DNA from: Octopus vulgaris
Lineage: Eukaryota
Length of the DNA: 64,000 nucleotides
Direction of reading: 5' to 3'
Assembly: GCA_951406725.2 (NCBI GenBank)
Contig: OX597824.1
Location: forward strand, 29,636,001-29,700,000
The notes beneath the pieces were generated by a model. The model saw only the letters and a list, made by a program, of their open reading frames with translations. It did not search any database and had not been told where the DNA came from. Positions 12,056 through 27,720 of the stretch are shown here, one piece after another. Each line of letters opens with the position of its first letter. Positions within the stretch are counted from its first letter, which is position 1. A program made the translations under genes and the position numbers.

Positions 12056-12557
12056 ATATATAGAAATAGTGGCACACAAAGGTACCAGCCTTTGCTGGAA
12101 ATAGCAGTCGATAACCGTTCAACGTTAGGTAAATCTCCACTGAATGTATAGAGGCAAAGATGTGTGCGGGCGGCGAATATAAAAACTTTCGTCTCCCCTA
12201 GGAAGAACGCCAGAGAAATGGACAACCTAGTACTCGAGTTTCGAACTTTTCAGAATACGTTTGTTATCGTAAAACTGACTGGTCTTCGTCAGCTAGGTCT
12301 ACCGAAGTGACAAAATTTAGAATATCCGCCACATCAATGCTTATATACTCGGTCAATAGCCCCAACCGTAAACAGAACCGAGATCAGTGAAAGAATTGTA
12401 TCTAAAGATATAAATATTATTACAATAAAATATATTCGCCGCCCGCATACATCTTTGCCTCTCTACATTCAGTGAAGCTTTACCTAGTGTGGAACGGTTA
12501 TCAACTGTTATTTCTAGCAAAAAATGGTACCTTGTTGTACCACCACTTCCTATTTAT
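12056..12557. mobile_element. Fold-back Penelope-like element with diverged arms
   Basis: 12056-12182 and 12431-12557 are imperfect inverted repeats; hammerhead in the spacer; abuts (TA)n. Confidence 0.72.
12226..12297 (-). ncRNA. Minimal type I hammerhead ribozyme
   Basis: Minus strand CCUAG-CUGACGA-(imperfect stem II)-GAAAC-UCGA-GUA/CUAGG; perfect 5-bp stem I and palindromic stem III. Confidence 0.72.
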
Positions 12558-12613
12558 AATTCTACCTTTACGGTGCTTTATTTTGATGGAAAATAATATT
12601 ATTGTATTGTATT

Positions 12614-12686
<73 letters not shown>

Positions 12687-12733
12687 CCCATAATAGTGAC
12701 TGAAAAAAATAAAAGATAATGAAGGATGCGTGC

Positions 12734-12799
<66 letters not shown>

Positions 12800-13422
12800 C
12801 TCTTTCATGCTTATTCGTTCATTCCACTTTACGTTCCCCCTCTCTCACATTTCTTTGCTTTCTCTTCTTGCTCACTTTTCCTCCACTTTTCACTTCACTG
12901 TGTTCTTCCCCTTTTTTCTCGCCCCTCCTTAATTCTTGTGTCCCTCTGCCTCTACCTCTCTCTCTTCTCTTCCTACGTGTCCGGCGTTCGGTCAAGCGTG
13001 ATCTTTCTTTCTTGGTCTGACCGTTGTCCGTGCAACATCGATATTCCTACCTGTGTCTGTGAAATCTTGTATCTCTGCTGTAAGGCTTCATTTCCACACA
13101 CGCCAGCTTAATTTAATTCGTCCTTAGTCGAAAGACATCTGTTGTTATGTCCTGGTATTATGTTTATTGTATTTGTGTAACACTGTCCGTTTTTTTCCGT
13201 CCTTGTTTTTGTATACATTCGCTGCTTTCTTTCAAGTAATCTAATGCATTTAGCTTAGTTTTTCTTTGGGGCTGGCCAGATTAGAGCAATCTCGAGTATA
13301 ATCTGCCGAAATTGCGATGATAATCTGGTACTCGTCTGAGGAAAGAAAACTTCGAATGACCCGTCCTTGTTTTCTTTGTATCGTTTATCTGGATGTTTTG
13401 TTGTCCCATTTTGTATTCATAA

Positions 13423-13460
<38 letters not shown>

Positions 13461-13759
13461 CTGTGTGTGTCTGTGTCTGTGTGTCTGTGTCTGTGTGTGT
13501 GTGTTATATGCATATATACACATACGTATTTCCATACATACAAATATGCATACGTGCGGCGTGCATTCATTTTAAAATTTTACATCTGTAACTACATGGC
13601 TGCCATTTTATTAATGCATGTATTGAGGAAATACCTACACCCATGACAATTTGCTTTCATGAGAGTCAGGAAAAGACGTTATATGTGGACACTACAAGCA
13701 TATTACATATTTATGGACAAGCATGGCATTCCACTGAAACTAAAAGTAACTAAAGCATC

Positions 13760-13763
<4 letters not shown>

Positions 13764-13816
<53 letters not shown>

Positions 13817-13828
13817 TACATACATACA

Positions 13829-13862
<34 letters not shown>

Positions 13863-13996
13863 CATACATACATGCATGCATACATGCATACATACATACA
13901 TACATACATACATACATACATACATACACACATACATATATACATACATACATACATACATGCATACATATATACATACATATATACATACATACA

Positions 13997-14030
<34 letters not shown>

Positions 14031-14471
14031 CATACATATATACATACATACATACATACATATATACATACATATATACATACATACATATATACATACA
14101 TACATACATACACACATACATACATACATACATCCGCACATACATACATACATACATACATGCATGCATACATACATACATGCATACATACATACGTACA
14201 TACATACATACATACATATATGCATACATACATACATACATACATACATACATACATACATACATACATACATACATACATACATACATACACAGATACA
14301 TAGATCGATAGGTAGGTAGATAGACAGATCTGGAAAGCATTGTAACAAGATTATTTTTCTGGTTTATATCATAAGTTTGTTGGTGTGTGTATTTATATGC
14401 ATATATGCATGTATATATATGTGTGTGTGTGTACGTACGTACGTATGCATGTATGTATGTATGCATGTATG

Positions 14472-14505
<34 letters not shown>

Positions 14506-14820
14506 TTTATGTATGTATTATGTATGTATGCATGTATGTGTGTGTGTATGTATGTATGTATGCATGCATGTATGTATGTACGTACGTACGTATGTACGTA
14601 TGTATGTATGTATGTATGTATGTATGTATGTATGTATGTGTGTATGTATTTATGTATTTATGTATGTATGTATATACGTACGTACGTACGTACGTACGCA
14701 TGTACGTAGGTATGTATGTATGTATGTATGTATTTATGTATATATTTATGTATGTATGTATGTATATGTGTGTATGTATGTATGTATGTATGTATGTATG
14801 TATATATGTGTATATATGTA
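13764..14820. repeat. (CA)n/(CATA)n tract followed by a (TATG)n tract
   Basis: 13764-14295 and about 14400-14820 are complementary tetranucleotide satellites. Confidence 0.95.
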
Positions 14821-14918
14821 TTCATATGTGATAATATTTTTTCAAAAGACAGCTGGATATGTAGAACTATACAATGTATAATGAATGCATTATATTCACT
14901 AAACACGTACACACACAA

Positions 14919-14952
14919 CATCATCATCATCAGCAGCAGCAGCAGCATCATT

Positions 14953-15000
<48 letters not shown>

Positions 15001-15240
15001 GCAGACGCACAATTGTAACAGCAAGCCGATGCTTCAATTTTCGGCAAACTAAAAGTTATGATAAATCAGCCATCGTCATCAATACCCCCTCCACCACCAC
15101 CACCACCACCACCACTATCATCATTATCGTCAGCATCACCCCTATCACCACCACCACCACCACCATGATCATCATCACCATCATCATCATCATTATTATC
15201 ATCATCAACAACAACAACAACATCATCATCATCATCAACA
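14919..15240. repeat. (CAT)n/(CAC)n/(CAG)n trinucleotide repeats
   Basis: Seen directly. Confidence 0.9.
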
Positions 15241-15802
15241 CCGACGAACGCGGTTGATTTCTCTGTTCTTGTTTTGTTTTCTTTGCGTTGGATTAAAAGG
15301 GTGTTCAGTTAGATTCGTGTTGTCGAAGTAATGGCACTGGGGGAGGGTGATACGAGTTCTAATGGTGACTGAGGTAGCAGAGAGTAGGCGGTGGGGTGGG
15401 GGGTCGTAAAGTTGGTTGACTTCTCGGCGGATGAATTATAAATGATGCATCCATTACGGGCTAAGTCCGTAGACGATATTTTGCAATTTTAATTTACGGA
15501 TCATACTGCACCGGATAAAAAAATATTTCTTATTGAGTACGTGAACGAATTTACCTGAAACATTACGCTAGGCACATCCATGCATACACCCCCCACACAC
15601 ACACACACACTCACACACACACACACACACATACGCACAGACAAAATTAAACAAACACAAATGTGTATGCGTAACATCGACTCATACTCGATTATAGATG
15701 ACTAAATATGATAGATAGATATATATGCATGTGCGTGTGTATACCAGCATGTATATATACATACATACATGTATAAACATATACACAAGCATACATGTAT
15801 GT

Positions 15803-15855
<53 letters not shown>

Positions 15856-16059
15856 AATATATATGTACATATATATATAGATATATATATACATGTATAC
15901 TTAAATATGTATATGTACGTATATAACATTTGTATCAACGCTTAATCTACATGTTTATAAATATTGATATATATATATATATATTCATACATATATGTAT
16001 ATATACACAGACATAGAGAAACACACAGATGGATAAAGAGAGAGACAGAAAGACTGACA

Positions 16060-16414
<355 letters not shown>

Positions 16415-16521
16415 GTAGTTGGTACTATTTAGCAGTGATGATAAATTAAGAAACTTTTAGATTAATAAAAAAATATTTGGAATATGTTTGATGACTTATT
16501 TCTGGCCGGATGGAACGGCAC

Positions 16522-16910
<389 letters not shown>

Positions 16911-16929
16911 AAATATATATAATATATTG

Positions 16930-17404
16930 CTTATTGTTTGTTCCTTCTCGAGCCACGTCTGGCTCATAAGAACCGGTTAAGGACCTGCGTATAGGTTGCC
17001 CACCTGGACAGGACGCCGGTCCGTCACAGATGAGCTGCAAGATGCAGGAGGAAAGAGTGAGAGGCAGTTGTGGCGAAAGAGTCAGTAGAAGTTCGCCATT
17101 ATCTTCTGCCGAAGCCGCGTGGAACTTAGGTGTTTCTCCCATAAACACACACATCGCCCGGTCTGAGATTCGAACCCGCGATCCCTCGACCGCAAGTTCG
17201 CTGCTCTAACCACTATTCCATGTGCCTCCATTAAAAGTTGTGGTGAGATAATACAGCAGGGTTCGCCACGACCTCTTGCCGGAGCCTCGTGCAGCGGCAG
17301 GTGTTTTCGCTCAATAAACACTCACAACGCCCGGTTTGGGAATCGAAACCGATGTCCTACGGCCGCGAGTCCGGTGCACTAATCACTAGGCCATTGCGCC
17401 TCCA
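16930..17404 (-). mobile_element. Two adjacent SINEs of family C/C' (16930-17230 and 17233-17404)
   Basis: Minus-strand heads tggaggcacatgg/tggaggcgcaatggcctagtg with B box ggttcgaatc/ggtttcgattcc; bodies match 28195-28578 and 25260-25562. Confidence 0.82.
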
Positions 17405-17429
17405 CACACACACACACACATACATACAC

Positions 17430-17470
<41 letters not shown>

Positions 17471-17580
17471 ACATATATATATATATGCATGCTTACACAC
17501 GTAGACGTACATATATCCATATATGGAATATATGATATATATATATATATATATCCTTAAATCCTTATATATATATATAT

Positions 17581-17649
<69 letters not shown>

Positions 17650-17653
17650 CATA

Positions 17654-17728
<75 letters not shown>

Positions 17729-18085
17729 TTTTTTAAATACAAAATAAGAAACACAAGATAATGTGTTGTCTGTTTCTTTTATTCGTTTATTTTTACTTTA
17801 TGAAAAACACAACGTGGCGTCCATTTGCGACGTTTTTTCTTATGCACATAAAACAAATCGTAAATGCTGTATGCGGAAGAAAAACATATGTGGTAAATGT
17901 GGGATAATACCGGCAGATTAACGCTCAGATTATTAGCTAGTACTAATATTGTCATGTAAAAACGTGATGAAACGACGACTTATTCCTGGCCGGATGGAAC
18001 GGCACATAATACCACATTTATACATATACATATAAACTCTCACACATACGCACGCATACGTGTATATACATAAACACACACACAC

Positions 18086-18123
<38 letters not shown>

Positions 18124-18421
18124 TAATACCTATTTGTAAATACATAAACATACACACATATATGTATATAAATATACATGTGTGTGCGTGAGAGAGAGAG
18201 TGAGTGAGAGTGTGTATGTGTGTCTATATATATACATACGTGTGTATAAATATATATGTATATATATATATATATGCGTGTGTGTGCATTTATACGTACG
18301 TATACGTATGTATATATATATATTTTTTTCTTGCTTCAGCTCAGAGCTGCGGCCATGCTGATGCACCGCCGTTTTGTGCTACACTGGTATTACGAAGAAC
18401 CTCCTCCAATATGTATATATG

Positions 18422-18626
<205 letters not shown>

Positions 18627-18925
18627 GTATAAGATACATATATATATATATTTATATGTATATATATATATATAAATAGGCTATATATATACGTATATAT
18701 ATGTATGCATGTTTATATATTATATACGTACACACACAGACACACATGCACACACACATACATATATATAGATACATATATAACATTTATGTATACACAG
18801 AGACAAACAGATACATAAGTATGTAAGTAGATCTGTAGAAAGGTAGGTAGGTATGTTTGTAGATAGTGACATAGGTCGATGGATAGATGGATAGATGGCG
18901 GGATGGATGGACATACATACGTATG

Positions 18926-18979
<54 letters not shown>

Positions 18980-19543
18980 CGTGTATGTATGGGACTTTGT
19001 GCTTCTTTTCATATATGGTGTCTATAAGGATTAGCAGAATTAATGTTCTGATAGTAGATGAGGAAAGTCTGGTAAGGTTGGATGTCAAGAAATATCTTAC
19101 CAGAAATTACATATTTCTTATTTGTATATTAATATTTTTATGTTTATGCACGTTGTATATGCATGTATGTATAGGAACGTATATACATGTATATATATAT
19201 AATAAAACTTATTATATATATATATATGTAGAGAGGGAGAAAGAGAGAGAGAGAGAGAGAAAGAGGGAGAGAGATGAGTGGATAAGTAGATAGACAGATA
19301 GATATACTTATAAACACACGTTTATATACACACACGTATATATATTTATATATTTATACGTATGTATGTATGTATGTATGTATGTATGTATGTATGTATG
19401 TATCTATGACAAACCTAATAAGAACTCAGGCTCTCCAATGAAATAACTTGATTGTGACGGAGACTATCTGAATACAGAAAAATTCCAGCCGAAGTAACAT
19501 TAACTCACCCTAATGCAAACATTTCAACAATTTATAAGATTTT

Positions 19544-19588
<45 letters not shown>

Positions 19589-19964
19589 CCAGATGTTTAC
19601 TTCGTGTTTTTTGCTATTGTTTTTTCATTATCTTTATCCGAATGCATTATATATATACTATACGTTTTTGCATCAAATGTCTCTTAAAACATATTTGTAG
19701 TGATTGCTTATAACGTTGCTGCTGTTGCTATTGTATGTTGATAATGTTGGTGATAGTGATGCGAACAATGATTATGGCGTGTGGCTTGGTGGTTAAGATA
19801 TTCGGCTCATGAATATTTTACTCGGAGAAGGTTCTAGGGGGCTCGAATTTTGGCTGTTAACCATATAAGTGTTGTAGCCCTCCATATACGATCCTACCGA
19901 TATTTTTCAGCAATGTAATATTGTTTCACTTTTATTCTTTAACTTTTGATAAGACTATAATATC

Positions 19965-20195
19965 TATTTCTTTACTACCCACAAGGGGCTAAACACAGAG
20001 AGGACCAACAAGGACAGACAAACGGATTAAGCCGATTATATCGACCCCAGTGCGTAACTGGTACTTAATTTATCGACCCCGAAAGGATGAAAGGCAAAGT
20101 CGACCTCGGCGGAATTTGAACTCAGAACGTAACGGCAGACGAAATACTGCTAAGCATTTCACCCGGCGTGTTAACGTTTCTGCCAGCTCGCCGCC
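19965..20195 (-). mobile_element. SINE B, full length with 15-bp target-site duplication
   Basis: TSD taagactataatatc at 19950-19964 and 20196-20210. Confidence 0.93.
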
Positions 20196-20229
20196 TAAGA
20201 CTATAATATCGTTTGTACTACATACATAC

Positions 20230-21169
20230 AACTGCTTATAAAAACTGAGATTAATGTATAATTTTTTCTGTGTTCATAATTTTTTGATTACAATATTGAA
20301 AGATGCCACCAAAGAAAAGATGTAATCTCTTCAGAAACAACTATAAAGCAAGGAGGATTGAAGAAAACCGAAGTCGAGAGTCTCGAGAGAGAAAGGAGAT
20401 GCGACTTTCTCTGGATCAGCAAAGGTATACTGCAGCACGTCAGATGGAGTCTCAATACAGAAGCGAGATGAGACTTTCCCAAGATCACCAAACACATGCC
20501 ACAGTATGTTAGATGGAGTCTCAATGCAGAAGAGAGATGAGACTTTCCCAAAATTTCCAAATGTAACTAATGGTGGTAAGGTAAGATTGCCAGTATTACT
20601 AGCTCCTTCTCAATCCCTGATAGATCTTCCGGAAAGCACTTCCATCAAGTCAAAAGACTTTCTGAGCAATATCAGACAATACACTCCTGCATTTCAAATG
20701 ACATTGTTTGGTGCATCTAAGGAGATAGATGAACATGGATTTACGCCAACGTTCAAAATTCAAGGGCAAGTCTATCACCTCATTGCTTCTCACAAATGAA
20801 CGACTACACTTCCAAATTTACGTCGTGAATGATGTAGTCCCACAAACCCGAAGGAGGTGTTAAAACTTCAGACGATGGGTCGTGTTGGACGCTGCGCCAA
20901 CTGCCGCAAAGGAGAGCATATCCACTGACAGCTGTTCGGTGCGTTCAAAAGTCACATACACCCCACCTCCAATTTCCACGAAAGGTTAGGGCTTGGAATA
21001 CTCCAAACAGAGCTATGTCATGTCGCTTAGTAGAGTTAGCCCATCATTTTCTCCACAAATGTTTTGTCGTCAATGTCGCACTTTCCCGTATCACCTGTTT
21101 CAACATAACTGTAATATATATTCAAACTATGCCATTTTAATGCCGAGCAACGCCGGGTATCTCTGCTAG
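20230..21169 (+). mobile_element. Internally deleted Helitron (RepHel N-terminal relic plus 3' terminus)
   Basis: GKVRLP...FLSNIRQY..AFQMT.FG...GFTPTFKIQGQVYH resembles the Helitron RepHel N-terminal region; 3' hairpin ccgagcaacgccggg then CTAG at 21166-21169 followed by T; 5' boundary uncertain. Confidence 0.82.
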
Positions 21170-21189
21170 TAATAGATAAATTTAGATAT

Positions 21190-21650
21190 TTTATCTTTTA
21201 TCTCTATTTTATCTTAGTCATTGGACAACGATCATGCTACAGCACCACCTTGAAGAGTTAGCTGAAAAAAATCAACTCTTTTGCCAAACCGCTATGTTAC
21301 GAAGATGTAAATAAACTAACACAGGTTGTTCAGTGGTGTCAGGGGAAGCAAAAGACACACATATATGTCTTTCATCTTTTTCCAGTAATTAGACCCCAGT
21401 ATTAGATATTTAAAACCTGGTACGAATTCTATCGTTCCCTTTTGACGAAACACTAATTCAGGGGGACGCAAACGCACAAACACCAGCTGTCAACCTGTGG
21501 TGAAGACACACAGAACACATATATTAGCTTGTTTCAGTTTCGAAATATATTCGAAAATGTTAGCCCAAGGTGCCAAGCAGTGCGACTGAACCCGGAATCA
21601 TTGGGTTGAGAAGCAAACTTCCTACCACACGGCCAAGCCTGTGCCTATTT
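21190..21650 (-). mobile_element. SINE A, degenerate or partly duplicated
   Basis: cccaaggtgccaagcagtgcgactgaacccgg...cctaccacacggcc. Confidence 0.65.
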
Positions 21651-21737
21651 ATTTGAGACTCAAATATATGACTTCAATCGGGGTTTGCAACGGAGCTGCA
21701 CTTACCTATTTCTTAGAAATTTCCTACCATTTACATT

Positions 21738-21797
<60 letters not shown>

Positions 21798-21814
21798 TGC
21801 ATAATCACCAATAA

Positions 21815-22030
21815 TTGGTTTCAATCTTTGGCACATGCCAGCAATTTCGTGGAAGGAGTTTACTCGATTACATCGACCCGCAAATGTTCAACTGGTACGT
21901 ATTTTATCAACCTCGAAAGGAAAAAAGAGCAAAGTCAACTTTGGCAGAATTCGAACGTAAAGACGGACGAAATACCGCTAAGGCTTTTTTGTCCGGCATC
22001 CTAACGATTCTGCCGGCAAGTCGCTTTTTA
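21815..22030 (-). mobile_element. SINE B, degenerate
   Basis: cgattacatcgaccc...caactggtac...caaagtcaac...gacgaaataccgctaag. Confidence 0.7.
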
Positions 22031-22205
22031 ATTACAAGATATCAAAATAAAAAATAAATTGGATAAATAACGTAACACAGTGATTATTCAAACCCTGACA
22101 TATTTGATATATTCCTGTCGGTATTTTATCTCAAAATCTGACTTACTTTCTCTTTTATCTCATACATATGTGTGCGTGTATATGTGTTTATGTATGTACA
22201 TATGT

Positions 22206-22270
<65 letters not shown>

Positions 22271-22982
22271 GTATATATGCATGCATGAATGTGTGTGTGT
22301 TTGTATATTGTGTGTGCCTATGAGTGCATACGTGTGTATGTGATGTGCATATATATATATATATATATATATGCGTATATATAATTTTTGCTTTACATTG
22401 TTACTTTTTTTTCAAACGTGCTTTTTCTCCTTTTCTTTTTTCCTATTCATTATTCTTCGTCCCTCCACGCAGTGATTCCCGTTTCCACGTCTCATTGCTC
22501 CTCGGAATTGCAAAGAGTCCCCACCACCACCACACCACCACCACCACACCACCACCACCCCAATGCAAAAAACAAAAAATGGAAAAGAAAAAAGCCAATA
22601 AGGAAGAGTTAGAAACACGTGCATACACACACACACACACATACGCACACCTACACACACACGCACACACCACACACGCACACACATGCACACACACACG
22701 CAAATGATGGATGACATGTCACCTGTACTGTAAAGTCCGAGCGAGACGTGATAACTTTTTTACATTTAAAGTTTATCGCAAAGTTTAATCGGTGTAAGAA
22801 GGATTTCAATGGGAAAAGCATTTTGAATATATAAGTATTTTCAAAAACGGCAACAACAAATTGTCATGCACTCGACACGGCTCAGACGGAGTTCAGTTGA
22901 TTTGGAGCAGAAACTAGGTTTCAAACCAAATGCTTCCTTGTCGTGTGTGTGTGTGTGCGTGTATAAATATGTGTGTGTGTAC

Positions 22983-23036
<54 letters not shown>

Positions 23037-23043
23037 TTATATT

Positions 23044-23089
<46 letters not shown>

Positions 23090-23129
23090 TATATTTGTAT
23101 ATACATATATATATATATATATATTTATA

Positions 23130-23238
<109 letters not shown>

Positions 23239-23348
23239 AAATATGCTTTCATCATGATATTAACGCTTCATTGGACATCTGCAATGAAGATGGATTACTG
23301 TGAGAACGGTAGCAATGGACTCTGTGTGTGCGCGCGTATATAAACTAC

Positions 23349-23383
<35 letters not shown>

Positions 23384-23637
23384 AGCGCATATACTCAAAT
23401 ATATATATTATGTATATATGTATGTATATATATATATATGGATATATGTATGAATATGTTATAGACCTGGCTGTGTGGAAAGGAGTTTGCAGCCCAACCA
23501 CATGGTTCCGAGTCCAGTACTACTGTGTGGTACCTAGGGTGAGTATCTTCTACTATAGACACAGGGCTATCCATAGGCATGTGAGTGGATCGAAGGAGAC
23601 GGCTGTGAAACCACGTTGAACACACCATACGAAATCT

Positions 23638-23740
23638 AAGTTATTGTAAAGTTTAATTGTAAAGTGTATTTGTAAAGTTTAATCGTAAAGTTAATTGTAA
23701 AGTTTAATTGTAAAGTTAATTGTAAAGTTTAATTATAAAG
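23638..23740. repeat. Minisatellite with 12-13 bp unit ttgtaaagt(t)taa
   Basis: About eight degenerate tandem units. Confidence 0.85.
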
Positions 23741-24707
23741 GCATTCACGGTTCGTCTCGCAGCGGGGGCGAGATGGCCGTCTCATTTGCATCATAATTAT
23801 GTTCTTTTCATTATCATTTTCCATTCGTCTTTATGTCCCCGCATGTCAGTTGTATGTCCCCTCTATATTCAGGCCTTGTGCCTATAATAAAGAGAAAACC
23901 ATACGAAATCCTGCTTGTCATAGCAGATTAGTTTGCAGGACGCAATCGGGACATAAAGACTATGTAAACTCTTTCGTTAAAGTGGACAAAAGCATTGCAG
24001 AAACCTGTAAAATGTTTCAGACTGCTAATGGTTTAATTTGTTTGAGCCCAGCGTTTGTTTTTCGTTGGTGATGATCCCTTTTTTCAACATCAAGGTCATC
24101 ATCTACGCTCCCTGGTTTCCCTCCGACCGAACGGTCAACGAAGAGGACTTTGCCGAGGTTTTATAGACAGACACACAAAATATATGTATGCGTATGTGTA
24201 CGCATATTGTTACTACATATTAATTAATGGATTAAAAATTAGGTTTATGCGGTAGCCCAAAACAATTTGCTACATACAGGAAGTGTATTAAAAACGGTTT
24301 TTCTTTGTTAGAGCGTAGATAAGATTTTCTGGACATCATCAAAGTTATGCCTTTTTGAACACCGTTTGCCTCCGCTGACCACATTCAAAATGGCTGGCCG
24401 GCTACGTTCTGACCTGTCTACACCTTGATTTATTCTTTTAGAAGAAATGCATGTCACTCCTTATCTTCAATTATTCACTCAGGTGTTTCTATGGCATTTG
24501 TGTGTGTACGCGCTTATAAATGTGCGTGTGTATCTGTGCGTATATGCGTGAATATATATATATATAGAGAGAGAGGGGGGGAGAGTGAGAGAGAGAGAGG
24601 GAGAAAGAGAGAGAGAGATATTCATATATACATACATATTTTTATACAGTTGTATGTATGTGTGTTATATGTTGATATATGTATATATATGTATATATAG
24701 ATATATG

Positions 24708-24739
<32 letters not shown>

Positions 24740-24744
24740 TATTA

Positions 24745-25253
<509 letters not shown>

Positions 25254-25259
25254 ATAAGT

Positions 25260-25562
25260 TGTTTGTTCTTTATCGAGCCATGCCTGGCTCATGAGCGCCG
25301 GTTTCCCGGTTTCATTGGCATATACGTTCCCTACATGAACGGGACGCCAGTCAGTTACAGGTAAGCTGCTAGATGCAGGAGGAAAGAGTGAGAGAAAGTT
25401 GTGGCGAAAGAGTCAACAGAAGTTCGCCATTAACTTCCGCCGGAGCAGCGTGGAGCTTAGGTGTTTCGCTCATAAACACGCACATCACCCAGTCCGAGAT
25501 TCGTACCCGCGATCCCTCGACTGTGAGTCCGCTGCTCAAACCGCTAGGCCATGTGCATCCAC
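25260..25562 (-). mobile_element. SINE family C'
   Basis: Colinear with 16930-17230. Confidence 0.82.
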
Positions 25563-25838
25563 ACACACACATACACACACACACACGTATAAGTTCATAT
25601 GTATGTATATGTATATATATATATGTATATATATATATATAAGTATTTAAATTTATATAAATATGCGATATACATATTTATATACTCATGCATATATGTG
25701 TATATATGTATGCGTGTATATATATGTATATATGTGTATACATGTATGTGTGTAGAATTATATGTACATATGTATCATATATATATGTATATATATGTAT
25801 CTATATATATATATATATATATATGTATATGTGTGTAT

Positions 25839-25878
<40 letters not shown>

Positions 25879-26487
25879 GAAGACAGACAGATACATACCT
25901 ACATACATACATACATGCATACATACATACATACATACATACATACATACATACATACATACATACATACATACATACATACATACATACATACATACAT
26001 ACATAGACCAACCACATCAGCCATGACAGCAAGCGTTGTCCCGTTTTTCCCTTTATATATTATCTTCCAATTGTTTCATATTTCCACATTTCATTACTCA
26101 TCTACAACAGTTCTACTACTAAACCCATTGTGCCCACATACAAAAAAAAAATAGCACTCGCTGCAAGGTATGATAGAGAACCCTTATAAGATCTACCAAG
26201 GGCTAGACACAATTAATCCCCAGTATATAAAAGTGATTCCCTCGCTGCTCACCGCTTGATACTATCTTTGATGTCAACCGGCGAATATAGGACACAGCAG
26301 ACGATAGATTTGTGTGTGAGATGTTTATGCTCGTGTAATGTATGTGTTTATATCTGCATGAGCATTCGTGTATGTGGATCTGTTTAAATGTGTTTATGTT
26401 TGTGCGTGAGGGTTGTGGATGAACAAGCATCTACCTATGGACGTATATATACGTATTTACATGTATATTGTATATATATGTATATAC

Positions 26488-26538
<51 letters not shown>

Positions 26539-26725
26539 AAATGAGAAAATGGAGAAACATACTTAAATCAATCAATCATCAACCATCAGATAATACCCAA
26601 TCAATACTTTATTACCGTAATTTTTAACATTTATGTATTAGTCTTGTTGGGTACCTCTCTAGCAGTATATTGGATATATGTTATCCCATGGTGGGTTAAA
26701 TTTTCAACCCCTATCTCATTTTTTT

Positions 26726-26758
<33 letters not shown>

Positions 26759-27169
26759 GTGTGGTGTGTGTGTACGTATGTATGTATGTGTGTATATATA
26801 TATATATGTGTGCATGTTTGTGTGTGTGTGTGTATGCGTGTGTGTGTGCGCGTGTGTGTGTGTGTGAGTGTGTGTGTGAGTGTGTGTGTATATGTGTGTG
26901 TGTGTGCGTGCGTGTGTGTGTAAGTGTGTGTGTGCGTGCGTGTGTGTTTGAGTGTGTGTGTGTATGTGTGTGTGTGAGTGAGTGTGTGTGTGTGTGTAAA
27001 TATATATAACTGCCCGAAATGTTCGTGACTTCTGGAACTTGACTGAGGAGAGAAAGCCACGAATGACCCGTCCGTTTTTTGCCTGTACTCATAATTGTTG
27101 TTTCTCTTGCCTACCTTTGTATCGTCTATCTGTCCGAATGTCTTAATGTCCTCTATTGCGGTTTGTTCC

Positions 27170-27219
<50 letters not shown>

Positions 27220-27221
<2 letters not shown>

Positions 27222-27720
27222 GAGAAAGAAGCAACAAGAATGGATTAGTTTTTAGTACAATTGTTTCATACAAAGACAGGCTTTATTACAAGTTGCAAAA
27301 ATTGCAGCAGATAAAAGTGTCCCGTACTCATCAGCTAAAATACATATGAGTTCTCCAAACATCTTAGTGGGTGAGGCTATACTCATGAAGTATTGGAGAT
27401 TATTTCATTAAAGGCAGATTTAGGTTGCAAACAGATTTCCAAAGTTCCTTAATTATGATGCACAGTCTTATCACAGGTTCTTAAAAGCTCATTAGCTTCA
27501 CAGAGAAGATGAATTAATCCGTAGTGTAGATTTAAATTTCCAGAGATATGAGGAGGATGATGCACAGACTTATCACAGGTTTTTAAAAGCTTATTAGCTT
27601 CACAGAAAAGATGAATTAATCCGTAGTGTAGATTTAAATTTCCAGAGATATGAGGAGGAATTTCATACTCACAGACGATGAATTTATCCATTGTTAATCC
27701 ACAATCATTTCATGCTATAT
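27220..27720 (-). mobile_element. Penelope-like 3' end / pseudo-LTR with hammerhead and a 102-bp tandem duplication
   Basis: Hammerhead at 27250-27340; direct repeat 27455-27556 and 27557-27658; runs into (TA)n. Confidence 0.6.
27250..27340 (-). ncRNA. Type I hammerhead ribozyme
   Basis: Minus strand UUUUAG-CUGAUGA-GUAC...GUAU-GAAAC-AAUU-GUA/CUAAAA; 6-bp stem I, palindromic stem III. Confidence 0.78.

Noticed and set aside
13659-14881. Many YIHT/MYVC-repeat ORFs here and throughout the window
   Set aside because: Microsatellite translations open in several frames
22720-22940. Possible mariner-like terminal fragment
   Set aside because: No partner inverted repeat or transposase motif found by eye
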